Below are positions 28,555 to 39,691 of a DNA stretch of 64,000 nucleotides, one piece after another. Both the position numbers and the translations under genes were made by a program. Under the pieces are notes generated by a model. The model was given only the letters and a program-made list of their open reading frames with translations, was not told the origin of the DNA and made no database searches. This stretch comes from a bacterium (lineage in GTDB: Bacteria; JACRDZ01; JAQUKH01). Location of the stretch: the NCBI GenBank assembly GCA_028719205.1, contig JAQUKH010000003.1, positions 62,001-126,000 of the forward strand, in the 5' to 3' direction. Each line of letters begins with the position of its first letter. Within the stretch, counting starts at the first letter, position 1.

Positions 28555-29778
28555 TTATTTTACATTAGAATATAATGGATCTGTTTCTTCCGGATCTGTT
28601 TCAAGATAATAATCGCAGACAAATTTGAAAAAGATTATTATTAATCCATAAATTGCCCCTAAAATACCATAACCTAAAAGATAGAAAAATGTTTGATTTT
28701 TTGATGTCACGTTTAAAAGCGCGCTGATTAAAAGAGCTAAAAATCCAAAAGCGGGAGAAAGTATTAACGTCAGGATACGTTTTTTATTTTCATCAATTGC
28801 TATAATATTACTTACTAAAACACCAAGCCCGATACCTATACCCAATAATAATCCATCCATGGGAAATAATACAAATGAAAAGTAATTACGGACAAAACCT
28901 GGCGCCAGAAATCCCGCGATAGCGCCTGAAATTACAAATAGAGGATTTTCTATTTTTTTATAAGTAATAATATTATGTAATATAGTAAAGAGAAAACCAA
29001 AACATAAACCAAAACCGGCATCTCTTAAAAAACTTAAAGTAATCGCCTGGCTAAGTGATGTTGCTCCTGTCGCAGTCATATCAAAATTAGTATTGGTATA
29101 AGTTATTGTTTCTATAATAGCTCCAAATAGTCCCGTACCGATCGCAATGAATATCCCATGCATCGCGGATACTAATACCGGCGGAATAATATGCTTTATT
29201 AATGGTTTTAAATATGATATTGAAAGTTTTGTTCCCATTATAATTAATCCTCCCCATATTGCTCCGTATAATGCCCCTGTTAAAATAATAGTAATATTTG
29301 TTGACTGTAAAAGGCTGATTTCAACAGAGGCATTAAAAACAAAATTGCCGATAAATCCGGCTGCTGATCCGGCCAGTAAATAGAAAAAAAGCATTTTTAT
29401 GAGCTCTCCCGGTTTTTTTGCGAAATATTTTTCTAAAAAGGCAAAAGAAAAGCACAAAAGGCTGCTGCTTAAACCGGAGGTATAGAAAATAAGTTTGTTG
29501 TTTAATATGATGCCCGGGATCCCGCCGATAAAAAAACCAATAATTATAGAATTTAAAACAGGGTATTGGCATATTTTAGAGCGTTCTAGGAAAGGAATTT
29601 TTGTTAAAAAAATTGAGAGAAAAATCGCGGAACTTATGAAAAATCCATCTAAAATACCGGAATACAATTCTATTCCGGATATTAATCTTCCAAGCCCCGA
29701 AAAAATGCTTCCTGCTATGATGATACTGACAAAAATGCTTACAATATCAAAAAAATTCTCTTTTTTTTCATTTTCCAT
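28555..29778 (-). CDS. Gly-rich polytopic membrane protein of unknown function
   Basis: About 12 hydrophobic segments with repeated GxxxG patterns; start overlaps the end of acpS. Confidence 0.75.
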   Translation of the reverse strand: MENEKKENFFDIVSIFVSIIIAGSIFSGLGRLISGIELYSGILDGFFISSAIFLSIFLTKIPFLERSKICQYPVLNSIIIGFFIGGIPGIILNNKLIFYTSGLSSSLLCFSFAFLEKYFAKKPGELIKMLFFYLLAGSAAGFIGNFVFNASVEISLLQSTNITIILTGALYGAIWGGLIIMGTKLSISYLKPLIKHIIPPVLVSAMHGIFIAIGTGLFGAIIETITYTNTNFDMTATGATSLSQAITLSFLRDAGFGLCFGFLFTILHNIITYKKIENPLFVISGAIAGFLAPGFVRNYFSFVLFPMDGLLLGIGIGLGVLVSNIIAIDENKKRILTLILSPAFGFLALLISALLNVTSKNQTFFYLLGYGILGAIYGLIIIFFKFVCDYYLETDPEETDPLYSNVK

Positions 29779-30148
29779 TTTTTTCTCCAATTGCCATAGC
29801 TACGGCGTAATTTTCTGTGTGAGAGATGCTGATCAAAAATTTTTTAAATCCCAATTTTTTCGCAAGAAGTTTTGTCCCTCCGGAGAGTGACACTCTGGGT
29901 TCTCCATTCGCGCCGTTTTTTATTTCGATCTCTTTGTATATTACCGGCTTAATATTTTCTCCGAATAACTTGGCGATAGCTTCTTTTGCCGCGAATCTTC
30001 CCGCGTAATTAATATAAAAATTTCGTTTTGCCCGGCAATATTCTATTTCCGGATCAGTAAATATTTTTTTTATAAATTTACCGTTTCTTTTGATGATATT
30101 TTTTATTCTTTTTACTTCAACAATATCAGTGCCGATGGAGTGGATCAT
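29768..30148 (-). CDS. acpS: Holo-ACP synthase
   Basis: IGTDIVE, RFAAKEA, SISH. Confidence 0.96.
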   Translation of the reverse strand: MIHSIGTDIVEVKRIKNIIKRNGKFIKKIFTDPEIEYCRAKRNFYINYAGRFAAKEAIAKLFGENIKPVIYKEIEIKNGANGEPRVSLSGGTKLLAKKLGFKKFLISISHTENYAVAMAIGEKNGK

Positions 30149-30858
30149 TTTAGCATTTCTTTCATTTCCCTTACAGCTTTATCAAGTCCTACTAATACAG
30201 ACCGGGAAATAATACTGTGCCCGATATTTAGTTCTTCAATGCCGGGTATTTGTGTTATCGGCTTGACATTTATATAGTTGAGGCCATGTCCGGCATTTAC
30301 CCGAAGGCCTGATTTTTTTGCAAGAGCCGTGCAATCCTTTAATTTCTGCAATTCACGTTTGATATCTTTTTCTTTTTTCGCGTTAGCGTAATTTCCTGTA
30401 TGAAGTTCAATAAATTCCGCGCCTGTTATGCTTGCTTTTTTAATTTGTTCAGGATCCGGATCAATAAAAAGGCTGACACTGATTTTTCCTTTAGAAAGTT
30501 TTTTTACGGCATTATAAATTTTATCAAAATTTTTAACGCAATCCAAACCGCCTTCAGTTGTTAATTCCTCTCTCTTTTCAGGAACAAGCGTGCATTGTTC
30601 AGGTTTTGTGATAAGCGCGATTCTTATAATTTCGTTAGACACGGCCATTTCCAGATTCAATTTTGTCTGGACTATTTCACGCAAAAGCCTTATATCGCGA
30701 TCCTGAATATGGCGGCGGTCTTCGCGTAAATGTACTGTTATCCCGTTCGCGCCGGATAATTCAGCGATAATAGCTCCCGCGACCGGATCGGGTTCAACGC
30801 CGCCACGCGCCTGGCGGAGGGTAGCGATATGATCGATATTTACTCCAAGTTTTATCAT
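30145..30858 (-). CDS. pdxJ: Pyridoxine 5'-phosphate synthase
   Basis: [39 protein letters not shown]. Confidence 0.98.
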   Translation of the reverse strand: MIKLGVNIDHIATLRQARGGVEPDPVAGAIIAELSGANGITVHLREDRRHIQDRDIRLLREIVQTKLNLEMAVSNEIIRIALITKPEQCTLVPEKREELTTEGGLDCVKNFDKIYNAVKKLSKGKISVSLFIDPDPEQIKKASITGAEFIELHTGNYANAKKEKDIKRELQKLKDCTALAKKSGLRVNAGHGLNYINVKPITQIPGIEELNIGHSIISRSVLVGLDKAVREMKEMLK

Positions 30859-30866
30859 AACAAAGT

Positions 30867-30895
30867 ATTCTATACTAAATTTGTTTTTAATGCAA
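30867..30895 (-). promoter_or_regulatory. Sigma70-like promoter for pdxJ
   Basis: TTGCAT-N17-TAGAAT on the minus strand, -10 box 8 nt before the ATG. Confidence 0.55.
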
Positions 30896-30940
30896 ATTTA
30901 TTATATTAATAAATAGGAAAATGAATTATAATTATACTAA

Positions 30941-31468
30941 ATGTCAGATATTAACAGTATTATGTTACCTTTATCAAAATCGCAAATATTCGCTGCAATT
31001 GACTTTGAAACCGCGGATTACGGCCCCGACAGCGCGTGCGCAGTCGCGGTGGTACGGGTCGAAGGTAATGTTATTGTAGATCGTGTTCACTATTACATCC
31101 GTCCTCCTCGAAGGGAATTCGTGTTTTCGTATTTGCATGGTATTTCATGGAATGATGTCGCGGATGCTCCGACTTTTCGCGAGTTGTGGCCCACTCTTTG
31201 CAAAAAGCTTGATGGGGTAGAGTTTATCGCGGCGCATAACGCGAGTTTTGACCGCTCTGTACTGAAAGCGTGCTGCCAAAAAGCTTATCTGGTTATGCCT
31301 TCACACTCGTTCAAATGTACGGTAAGGCTTGCCCGGTCAGTCTGGAATATTTACCCGACAAAGCTCTCCGATGTCTGTAAACATCTTAAAATTCCTCTTC
31401 ATCATCACCATGCTGATTCTGACGCGGAAGCGTGCGCGAGGATTGTAATAGCGGCGTCGTTATCCTAA
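30941..31468 (+). CDS. DEDDh 3'-5' exonuclease (DnaQ-like)
   Basis: IDFETA, AHNASFD, HHADSDA. Confidence 0.92.
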   Translation: MSDINSIMLPLSKSQIFAAIDFETADYGPDSACAVAVVRVEGNVIVDRVHYYIRPPRREFVFSYLHGISWNDVADAPTFRELWPTLCKKLDGVEFIAAHNASFDRSVLKACCQKAYLVMPSHSFKCTVRLARSVWNIYPTKLSDVCKHLKIPLHHHHADSDAEACARIVIAASLS

Positions 31469-32797
31469 ATTATTTTTAAACGCGGACGCGATCTTTTGGG
31501 CTAATTGGTTAATATGGTCCTGGTTTTGTCCTTCGATCATTACGCGGGCCAAAAGTTCAGTACCCGAATAACGCACGGAAAGGCGGCCTTTATTATTTAA
31601 TTCTTTTTCTACTGCTTCAATTGCTTCTTTAACACCTGGAATTGTTGAAAAATCTTTTCGTTCTTTTATAGGAACATTTAACAGAATTTGAGGATAATTT
31701 TCAAATTTATCTTTTAATTTAGACAGTTTTTCACCGGTTTCTTTCATAATACAGGCTAGGTGCAACGCGGTCAGTAATCCGTCTCCGGTTGTCTGATGCT
31801 CAAGATTAATGATATGCCCCGATTGTTCTCCTCCTAATATCGCGTTTCTCTTTTTCATTTCCTCCAAAACATATCGGTCGCCTACATTTGCCCTGATAAA
31901 TTCTACACCCAGATCTTTTATATATTTTTCAAGGCCCAGATTGCTCATTATGGTTGAAACCAGTATATTGTTTTTTAATTTGCCTTTTGATTTTAAATGA
32001 GTTGCCCAGATGGCCATTATCCGGTCGCCGTCAACAATATCTCCATTTTCATCGATCGCGATTACACGATCGCCGTCTCCGTCGAAACAAAAGCCTATAT
32101 CAGCCTTTAACCGGGTTACTTTCCTGCTTATATTCTCAGGATGCAATGATCCGCAATTTTTGTTAATATTTATCCCGTCAGGCAAAATATGATAATTTTT
32201 TATCTGCGCCTTTAATTTTTTAAATAACCTTGGGGCAATATTGAAAAGGGCGCCGTTGCTTGAATCAATAACAATTTTAAATTGAGAGAAATCATAAGTG
32301 GAAGGAATAGTAGAAATAAGATATTTTATGTAGTCGTCTTTATCTTTATGATGAGGAATCACCCTGCCGATCGCGAAAGGTGGTGGCGTAAATTTTACTT
32401 CACCTATATTGTTTTCTATTTCTTCTTCCTGTTCGTCGCTTAGTTTAAATCCCGCAGAATTAAAGATCTTTATACCGTTATCTTCGAAAGAATTATGGGA
32501 AGCAGAGATGACTATTCCTGCGTTAGCATTATAAATTTTTGTAAGATAAGCGATTGCTGGTGTTGGAATAATTCCCAGAGGAAGGACGTTGACTCCCGCT
32601 GAATTAATACCAGCGCTTAGCGCGCACTCAAGCATATCGCATGAAATTCGCGTATCTTTTCCTATTGCGATAACTCCGGTTTTGCCTTTAGTAAGGCACC
32701 ACCCGATGCTTTGTCCGATTTTGAATACAAATTCAGGCGTTAGCGGGAATTCATTAGCCTTGCATCTGATGCCATCTGTTCCGAATAAATTTTTCAT
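31460..32797 (-). CDS. glmM: Phosphoglucosamine mutase
   Basis: FGTDGIR, ISASHN, DGDGDR, GGEQSGH, RYSGTE; downstream of cdaA-cdaR. Confidence 0.97.
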   Translation of the reverse strand: MKNLFGTDGIRCKANEFPLTPEFVFKIGQSIGWCLTKGKTGVIAIGKDTRISCDMLECALSAGINSAGVNVLPLGIIPTPAIAYLTKIYNANAGIVISASHNSFEDNGIKIFNSAGFKLSDEQEEEIENNIGEVKFTPPPFAIGRVIPHHKDKDDYIKYLISTIPSTYDFSQFKIVIDSSNGALFNIAPRLFKKLKAQIKNYHILPDGININKNCGSLHPENISRKVTRLKADIGFCFDGDGDRVIAIDENGDIVDGDRIMAIWATHLKSKGKLKNNILVSTIMSNLGLEKYIKDLGVEFIRANVGDRYVLEEMKKRNAILGGEQSGHIINLEHQTTGDGLLTALHLACIMKETGEKLSKLKDKFENYPQILLNVPIKERKDFSTIPGVKEAIEAVEKELNNKGRLSVRYSGTELLARVMIEGQNQDHINQLAQKIASAFKNNLG

Positions 32798-32879
32798 TTT
32801 AAAGACCTTTTCTTTATATTAAGTTCAAAAATTTAATTTATTATACCAAAAAACAGGGTAAATATAAACATATTGTAAT

Positions 32880-33788
32880 TTAACGGGGTTTTATTGTAAC
32901 ATTAACGGTCTTAGGGTTGTAATTGAGGCATTCTATACCGGCAGGCATAGATATATCGACTTTTCGTTGATATGCGCCCGGGGGAAGTTCATAAAGATCT
33001 ATTGAGGTTTTTATTTCCTCTTTTTGTAATAGATCAATTTTATTTTCTAAACCCTGCAAAGTTATATTTATAGTCTCCGGTAAAGGCCTTGCTTCCAGAT
33101 TTTTGTTCAGATTAAGAAGTGTTATTTCGTGATTTTGAAAAGTTTTTTCCTTCCATAATACAACAGTAACTTTTACAGAATTAATATTTTTTATTCCTAT
33201 TTTTTTTTCTGCTTTTAAATTTACTTCGCGCGTAAAATTGCCGCGAATACCGTCTATAATAATGGGAGTTGTTTCAATATGTGATATTATTTTTAATTCC
33301 CGTTCCGCGCCTTCAATAATAACAGTAGGAGGAACAACAATAAAATCATAAATTAAAAAATTCGAGGCAGGCTGGCCTGTAGTGATCACTTTTATAGGAA
33401 CCTCTTTTGAAACATTATAATCCAGGTCAATGGTAATCTGATCAGGCTCAATTTTTACAACCTCGATCCCTTTTGGAGTGAAAATATTATTTGGTGTCAG
33501 CCTGTAGCTTATTTTGCTTGATTCACGGTCTGAGAGGTCTAATTCTGCCTTCAGCTGATCTTTTGATAAACCGCTAATAACATTTCTTCGTCCCTTGAAT
33601 GTAACATTGATAAATTCAGGAGTATCTCCAAAGATCGCCATATTTGGGGCTTTGGTTATCTGTAAAGGCAGATTAAATGTTATTTCTGATCTGCTGTCTG
33701 CTTGGACATAAACCCACAGGAATATGGCCAGCAATAAAGAAATAATTTTAAGAATAATATTTTTTGTTATCGGATAAATTAAGTTCAT
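32880..33788 (-). CDS. cdaR: YbbR-domain diadenylate cyclase regulator
   Basis: LLAIFLWVYV anchor plus repeated YbbR domains; position between cdaA and glmM. Confidence 0.9.
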   Translation of the reverse strand: MNLIYPITKNIILKIISLLLAIFLWVYVQADSRSEITFNLPLQITKAPNMAIFGDTPEFINVTFKGRRNVISGLSKDQLKAELDLSDRESSKISYRLTPNNIFTPKGIEVVKIEPDQITIDLDYNVSKEVPIKVITTGQPASNFLIYDFIVVPPTVIIEGAERELKIISHIETTPIIIDGIRGNFTREVNLKAEKKIGIKNINSVKVTVVLWKEKTFQNHEITLLNLNKNLEARPLPETINITLQGLENKIDLLQKEEIKTSIDLYELPPGAYQRKVDISMPAGIECLNYNPKTVNVTIKPR

Positions 33789-33800
33789 AATTACTAAATG

Positions 33801-34592
33801 TTATTTCCCCTTTTTCCCCCAGGTAAAACTCTCTTTTTTAGGCATCAAAATTTCTTCAAGCGATTTTTTCAGAGTCAGCGAGTCTATTCCCTGAGAGATT
33901 ATTCCACCTTTTACGAGAGAAATACTTCCGGTTTCCTCTGAAAGAACAATTACTATAGCATCTGTTTCTTCAGTCAGGCCGAGTGCCGCCCGGTGTCTTG
34001 TACCGAATTGTTTAGGAATATGAGGATCTTTGCTCAAAGGTAAAATAGAACCGGCAGAAGCGATTTCATTATGCTGGATAATAATAGCCCCGTCATGCAG
34101 AATGGTATTCGGCGCGAAAATGGTGTTTAAAAGTTCTGTGGAAAGATACGCATGCATCTTTACGCCTGTCTCGATCAGGCTTTGAAGGCCGACATCTCTT
34201 TCTATAACTATAAGCGCGCCATATTTAAGCGAAGTTAAATAATTAACGGATTTTATTATTTCATCGATCAAATATGTTTTGTCACTAAAATAGTATCCAA
34301 ATATTTTTCCGGTTCCAAGTCTCGCGAGCGCGCTTTGGAGTTCGGTTTGAAAAACAATTATGAAAACTATTATCCATATGGTCCAGAGATTTTTTAATAA
34401 CCAGGTAAGTGTCTGGAGCTCAAATCGCTGGGCAAAAAAGGTTGCAATAAGAATAATGGCCAACCCAATGGACATCTGGACGGCCTTTGTTCCCTTTATT
34501 AGATTAAAAAGCCAGTAAAATATTAATGCGACAATAGTAATGTCTACTACATCAAAAAACCGGATATGGGTGAATAAATTTAATAAAAACAT
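33801..34592 (-). CDS. cdaA: Diadenylate cyclase CdaA/DacA
   Basis: Three TM segments, LHDGA and GTRHRAA. Confidence 0.96.
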   Translation of the reverse strand: MFLLNLFTHIRFFDVVDITIVALIFYWLFNLIKGTKAVQMSIGLAIILIATFFAQRFELQTLTWLLKNLWTIWIIVFIIVFQTELQSALARLGTGKIFGYYFSDKTYLIDEIIKSVNYLTSLKYGALIVIERDVGLQSLIETGVKMHAYLSTELLNTIFAPNTILHDGAIIIQHNEIASAGSILPLSKDPHIPKQFGTRHRAALGLTEETDAIVIVLSEETGSISLVKGGIISQGIDSLTLKKSLEEILMPKKESFTWGKKGK

Positions 34593-34627
34593 GATTTATC
34601 AGTTGTATCGGCGACTGTAAACTTATA

Positions 34628-35842
34628 CTAAACACTTAATATTTTTTCAGTCATTTTTATGGCCTTTTTTACAGATCTTACATCATGAACTCTCAGGAAG
34701 TTAGCTCCGTTCAAAAATCCTGCGACAGAGCTTGCGATCGTTCCTTCAAGACGCTCTTCAACTCCAAGTCCTAATATCTTTCCAATAAAAGATTTACGTG
34801 ATGTCCCAAGCAGGATAGGGTGTCCAAGTATTTTAAATTGCCTGAGATTTTTTATTAATTCCAGGTTGTTATCAATATTTTTACCAAATCCGATACCGGG
34901 ATCAATAACTATTTTTTCTTTTTTAACTCCTGCCTTTTCGGCAATTTCAATACTATGCCTAAGATAATCTGTTATTTCAGAAAAGATATTGTTATATGAT
35001 GGATTAATCTGCATATCTTTAGGTTTTCCTTTAATATGCATAATAATTACAGGAACTTTGTATCGAGCGGCAAGCGCGGCCATTTTTTTGTCAAATCGAA
35101 GGCCGCTTATATCATTAATTATTTCTGCTCCTTCGTCTAATGCCGCTTGAGCTACAGATGATTTATATGTATCTATTGAAACAGGTATTTTAATTTTGCC
35201 TGATAGTTTTTTTATGACAGGGAGAACCCTTTTTTTCTCCATAGAGACAGAAACTTTATCAGATCCGGGCCTGGTAGATTCTCCGCCGATATCTATTATA
35301 TCGGCGCCGTCCTCTATCAGTTTGAGGGCCTGTTCACAAGCCATTTCAGGTTCAAGAAATTTGTTGCCGTCAGAAAAAGAATCAGGGGTGACATTAACAA
35401 TACCTATAATATAACATTTTTTATCGAAAGAAAATGTTTTTGATCTGGAGACCAGCGGCTGGGGAATATTTTGATAATTTTTCAGGGCTACATTTAAATC
35501 TTGCCCGAATTTTTTAAATCCGCTGAACGGTTGAATATTTAATTTGGATATGAGATATTTGTATTGTTTTATGGTGCCAAAGATAAGTATATCTGTTTTA
35601 TTGTTTTTTAAGGCGTAGATCTCCTTGCTGACGGCTGCCTCTCCGCCTAACGCGAGCATTTCCTGTTTTAGTATATTCGCGTGCGCACAATCTACTGAAT
35701 AAAGTTTTACAGGAAGTATTACGGCTTTTCCTGCCATAATTTCAATGGCTCGGTTGTCTACACCAATATTAACCAATTCTTTTCTGGCGTCTGCTAAATT
35801 CTTAATGGATATAATTTGCAAATTATACATACTGCTTTTCAA
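34628..35842 (-). CDS. folP: Dihydropteroate synthase with N-terminal extension
   Basis: NVTPDSFSDG, GGESTRPG, DPGIGFGK, SRKSF, RVHDV. Confidence 0.96.
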   Translation of the reverse strand: MKSSMYNLQIISIKNLADARKELVNIGVDNRAIEIMAGKAVILPVKLYSVDCAHANILKQEMLALGGEAAVSKEIYALKNNKTDILIFGTIKQYKYLISKLNIQPFSGFKKFGQDLNVALKNYQNIPQPLVSRSKTFSFDKKCYIIGIVNVTPDSFSDGNKFLEPEMACEQALKLIEDGADIIDIGGESTRPGSDKVSVSMEKKRVLPVIKKLSGKIKIPVSIDTYKSSVAQAALDEGAEIINDISGLRFDKKMAALAARYKVPVIIMHIKGKPKDMQINPSYNNIFSEITDYLRHSIEIAEKAGVKKEKIVIDPGIGFGKNIDNNLELIKNLRQFKILGHPILLGTSRKSFIGKILGLGVEERLEGTIASSVAGFLNGANFLRVHDVRSVKKAIKMTEKILSV

Positions 35843-35853
35843 GTTTTATGGTT

Positions 35854-36432
35854 CTATTCTTTTATCAGTGTAAAGGCTTCGGCTCTGGTAGCAGGCTTTC
35901 TGAATATGCCGCGGATAGCGGATGTAATTGTTCGGGCTCCCGGTTTTTTGATTCCGCGCATTGTAATACACATATGTTCAGCCTCAATTACTACGAGTAC
36001 GCCTTTAGGAGAAAGTTGTTTCATTAATGAATCTGCGATTTCAGTTGTTAATCTTTCCTGGAGCTGGGGCCGTTTAGAAAAGAAATCAACGATCCGGACT
36101 AATTTACTTAGTCCTGTGATTTTGTTCTTGTTTGGGATATATGCTACATGTGCTTTTCCGAAAAATGGCAAAAGGTGGTGCTCGCATATTGAGTAAAGAG
36201 GTATATCTTTTACCAAAATCATTTCGTCTTCATTTTGTGTGGAAAATATTTTCAGGTCTTCATCAAGAGAGCAAGGATTAACATTGCATAATATTTCTTC
36301 GTACATTTTGGCTACCCTTGACGGTGTGTCTAAAAGTCCTTCCCGTTTAGGGTTTTCACCAATAGCCTCCAAGAGCATTTTTATTGCCTGTTCAATTTTT
36401 TTCTTATCAATTGATAAATTTTTATTTTTCAT
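35854..36432 (-). CDS. folE: GTP cyclohydrolase I
   Basis: [23 protein letters not shown]. Confidence 0.97.
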   Translation of the reverse strand: MKNKNLSIDKKKIEQAIKMLLEAIGENPKREGLLDTPSRVAKMYEEILCNVNPCSLDEDLKIFSTQNEDEMILVKDIPLYSICEHHLLPFFGKAHVAYIPNKNKITGLSKLVRIVDFFSKRPQLQERLTTEIADSLMKQLSPKGVLVVIEAEHMCITMRGIKKPGARTITSAIRGIFRKPATRAEAFTLIKE

Positions 36433-36444
36433 ATATTTTATTTT

Positions 36445-38328
36445 TTAAGAAACTTTAGTTTCTTTTTCAGCAATTGGTTCCTGTACTGTTGTATTTTTGT
36501 CTTTATTATGGCCGTCAGAAAAGAATTTTTCTAATTCTTCGGGTGTACTTTTTAAAATTACAGTTACATCCTCGGCATCAAGAACTTCTTTATCCAGGAG
36601 AACATTTGCCAGAATATTCAATTTATCCTTCTTTTCTTCAAGAAGTTTTTCGGCTCTATTATAGCATTCTTCAATAATCCTGCGTATTTCTTCGTCAATT
36701 TCTACGGCAGTTTTTTCACTGTAGTTTTTATCTTTGACAATGTCGCGGCCAAGGAATATCTGTTCATTTTTTTTACCGAAAGTCATAGGCCCGAGTTTTT
36801 CACTCATTCCATATTCACATACCATTTTATGGGCGGCTTCGGTAGCCCGCTCCAGGTCATTTTGAGCGCCGGTAGTGATTTCGCCAAAAATCATTTTTTC
36901 GGCAACACGGCCGCCGAGAAGAACAACCATTCTATTCATAATTTCACTTTTTGTGATCAGGTATCTGTCTTCAGTGGGGAGCTGCAGTGTGTAACCTAAC
37001 GCGGCTATACCGCGCGGTATGATGGACACTTTATGGACGGGGTCGGAACCCGGGATCATTTTAGCAAGAAGGGCATGACCCGATTCATGAAAAGCAACGA
37101 TCTTTTTTTCCTTTTCGCTTATTACTCTGCTTTTTCTTTCAGGACCTGCTACAACCCTTTCAATTGCTTCCTCGAATTCAACCATTTCTACCTTAGTTTT
37201 ATTTCTTCTGGCGGCTAATAAAGCAGCCTCATTTACCATATTCGCGAGATCCGCGCCCGAAAAACCGGGTGTCCGGCGCGCCATGATCTTTATATTGACA
37301 GCAGGATCGATCGGTATATTTTTAGAATGAACTTTTATGATCCCTTCACGCCCGACAATATCAGGCCTGTCAACTACTATTTGCCTGTCAAACCTTCCTG
37401 GTCTGAGCAGTGCGGGGTCTAATACATCCGGCCTGTTCGTGGCAGCGATAATTATTACACCTTCATTGGATTCAAATCCATCAAGTTCAACAAGAAGTTG
37501 ATTAAGTGTTTGTTCGCGTTCATCATGCCCGCCGCCAACACCGGCAAACCTCTGGCGGCCTACCGCGTCGATTTCATCAATAAAAATAATGCACGGCGCG
37601 TTTCTTTTTCCTTGTTCAAAAAGGTCACGTACGCGGGATGCTCCGACTCCGACAAACATCTCAACAAAATCAGAACCGCTGATATTAAAAAATGGTGTAT
37701 TAGCTTCTCCGGCGACCGCGCGTGCTAAAAGCGTTTTTCCTGTTCCCGGAGGCCCGAAAAGCAAAACGCCTTTAGGTATCTTTCCTCCAAGTTTCTGGAA
37801 TTTAGGAGGATCTTTAAGAAATTCTATTATTTCCTGCAATTCCTGTTTTGGTTCATCACATCCCGCAACATCAGCAAACGTTATTTTTGGAGACTTTTCT
37901 GAATGCAGTTTAACCCTGGCTTTTCCAAAAGACATAGCCTTGTTGCCGGGCCCTTGCATTTGACGCATAAGAAAAAACCATAAGCCGATAAATAAAATCA
38001 TCGGTAAAAGTAAATTTAAAGCACTTAACCACCATGAAGAATCAATCGGCTCAACTTTAATGATCACATTTTTACCTCTGAGCATTTTTATCAGTTCGGG
38101 ATCTTCCGGCGCGAAAGTGGTGAAATTTGTACTGTCATTAAAAACTCCTGTAATATTTTTATCTTTGATCTCTACTTGTTTTATTTTACTCTCTTCCAGC
38201 TTATTCAAAAATTCGCTGTAATTAATTTTTACATCCGGTTTCTGTGTGATATTTCCCAGGTAAAATACTGAGATCGCTACTGCAAAGATAATAAGCCAGA
38301 TACTTAGATTTTTATAGAATTTATTCAT
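36445..38328 (-). CDS. ftsH: ATP-dependent zinc metalloprotease FtsH
   Basis: Two TMs, [14 protein letters not shown], second region of homology, HESGH. Confidence 0.99.
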   Translation of the reverse strand: MNKFYKNLSIWLIIFAVAISVFYLGNITQKPDVKINYSEFLNKLEESKIKQVEIKDKNITGVFNDSTNFTTFAPEDPELIKMLRGKNVIIKVEPIDSSWWLSALNLLLPMILFIGLWFFLMRQMQGPGNKAMSFGKARVKLHSEKSPKITFADVAGCDEPKQELQEIIEFLKDPPKFQKLGGKIPKGVLLFGPPGTGKTLLARAVAGEANTPFFNISGSDFVEMFVGVGASRVRDLFEQGKRNAPCIIFIDEIDAVGRQRFAGVGGGHDEREQTLNQLLVELDGFESNEGVIIIAATNRPDVLDPALLRPGRFDRQIVVDRPDIVGREGIIKVHSKNIPIDPAVNIKIMARRTPGFSGADLANMVNEAALLAARRNKTKVEMVEFEEAIERVVAGPERKSRVISEKEKKIVAFHESGHALLAKMIPGSDPVHKVSIIPRGIAALGYTLQLPTEDRYLITKSEIMNRMVVLLGGRVAEKMIFGEITTGAQNDLERATEAAHKMVCEYGMSEKLGPMTFGKKNEQIFLGRDIVKDKNYSEKTAVEIDEEIRRIIEECYNRAEKLLEEKKDKLNILANVLLDKEVLDAEDVTVILKSTPEELEKFFSDGHNKDKNTTVQEPIAEKETKVS

Positions 38329-38394
38329 TAAATTACCTCAAATTTGTGTTTAATTTTATTGTTATGAATTAAACAGACATTATATATAATATTT

Positions 38395-39384
38395 TTAATT
38401 ATTACAATAGAATAATAATTTATCACCAATTTTTTCAACTGTTAATTTTTGGGGAAGATTAAATTTAGATCTTTTATTCTTTAAAATATTTTGTATAGCT
38501 CTTATGTGATCAAAATTCAGATTATAACCTGAAGTGAAATTTCTTGCGTAAAGCTGAAGGATACGAGCTTGGATAGCAGGGTGGGACCTTATCAATTTTT
38601 TAGCATTTACTACTAAGATTTTATCTGCAGTGTTTTTTAAAACAAATCTTTTTGCGTTTTTTTCTGAAATATTTTCCAGATATTCATTTTCTAAAGCCCA
38701 AATTTTAGCCAAATCATTTAAGTGTTCTTTGATCCGGGATTGATATTTTTTTTCAAGGAAAGGAATTAATTCCAGTCTGATCCTGTTTCTCGTATATAAT
38801 GTTTTATTATTTGAACTATCTTCTCGGAAACATGTATTTTTGTTTTTTAAAAAATTAATTATATCCTTACGGGATATTGGGAGCAGGGGGTGGATCAGCT
38901 GTATTTTTGGCGCAAATAGCCTGTGTCCGGATATCCCGGATAATCCCTGTTTACCGCTTCCTCTTAATAAATTCATCAGCACAGTTTCAGCCTGATCGTC
39001 AGCCTGATGGGCAAGGGCAATTTTATTCGCCTTATGTTTTTTCGCAATTCTTAAAAAGTACTCATGGCGTATCTTTCGCGCGGTATTCTGCAAAGAATGT
39101 TTGTTATTAAAAATATTTTTTTTTACTGAATGAAGGAATAACGGCAGTTCAAGTTTACTCGCCAGATCTTTACAAAATTTCTCGTCTTTTTCTGAATCTT
39201 TTCCGCGCAGATGATAATTAACATGGGCTAAAGAGAGTGAAAGGTTATATTTGTTTTTTAGTTTGTCTAAAAGAAGCGCCAGCGCGGTTGAATCCGGGCC
39301 GCCGGACAGGCCTATAACTATACGGTCATTTTTTTGAATCAAACCGGAAGTTGTAATCTTTTCAAGTAAGATTTTCTCAGACAT
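38395..39384 (-). CDS. tilS: tRNA(Ile)-lysidine synthase, short form
   Basis: SGGPDS PP-loop, HQADDQAET, RNRIR; 329 aa. Confidence 0.94.
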   Translation of the reverse strand: MSEKILLEKITTSGLIQKNDRIVIGLSGGPDSTALALLLDKLKNKYNLSLSLAHVNYHLRGKDSEKDEKFCKDLASKLELPLFLHSVKKNIFNNKHSLQNTARKIRHEYFLRIAKKHKANKIALAHQADDQAETVLMNLLRGSGKQGLSGISGHRLFAPKIQLIHPLLPISRKDIINFLKNKNTCFREDSSNNKTLYTRNRIRLELIPFLEKKYQSRIKEHLNDLAKIWALENEYLENISEKNAKRFVLKNTADKILVVNAKKLIRSHPAIQARILQLYARNFTSGYNLNFDHIRAIQNILKNKRSKFNLPQKLTVEKIGDKLLFYCNN

Positions 39385-39413
39385 TAGGATTGTAATTAGT
39401 GTGAGTGTTGTTT

Positions 39414-39490
39414 TGGTAGCGGTGGTAGGAGTTGAACCTACGACAACACGGGTATGAGCCGAGTGCTCTAACCAACTGAGCTACACCGCC
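39414..39490 (-). tRNA. tRNA-Met (elongator, CAT)
   Basis: GGCGGTG acceptor, CTCATAC anticodon loop, GTTCAAC T-loop, encoded CCA. Confidence 0.9.
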
Positions 39491-39502
39491 ATGTAAACAA
39501 TT

Positions 39503-39536
39503 TAAAAAAGGGTTCGCTTTTTACGCAAACCCCTAT
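39503..39536 (-). terminator. Probable intrinsic terminator between the two tRNAs
   Basis: Minus strand GGGTTTGC-gtaaaaa-GCGAACCC followed by T6. Confidence 0.6.
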
Positions 39537-39563
39537 TTTTTTTATTCGTGAAGCTGAAAATTT

Positions 39564-39640
<77 letters not shown>

Positions 39641-39660
39641 ATTATCTGTACAAAAATATT

Positions 39661-39688
39661 ATTATATACTAAGATTCTATATTGTCAA
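39661..39688 (-). promoter_or_regulatory. Consensus sigma70 promoter for tRNA-fMet
   Basis: TTGACA-N16-TATAAT on the minus strand. Confidence 0.8.
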
Positions 39689-39691
39689 GTA

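Noticed and set aside
31460-34592. cdaA-cdaR-glmM as a novel signalling locus
   Set aside because: A well-known conserved operon
39414-39490. tRNA-Ile2 (the TilS substrate) next to tilS
   Set aside because: GGCGG acceptor with G1-U72 and the CATAC loop match elongator tRNA-Met
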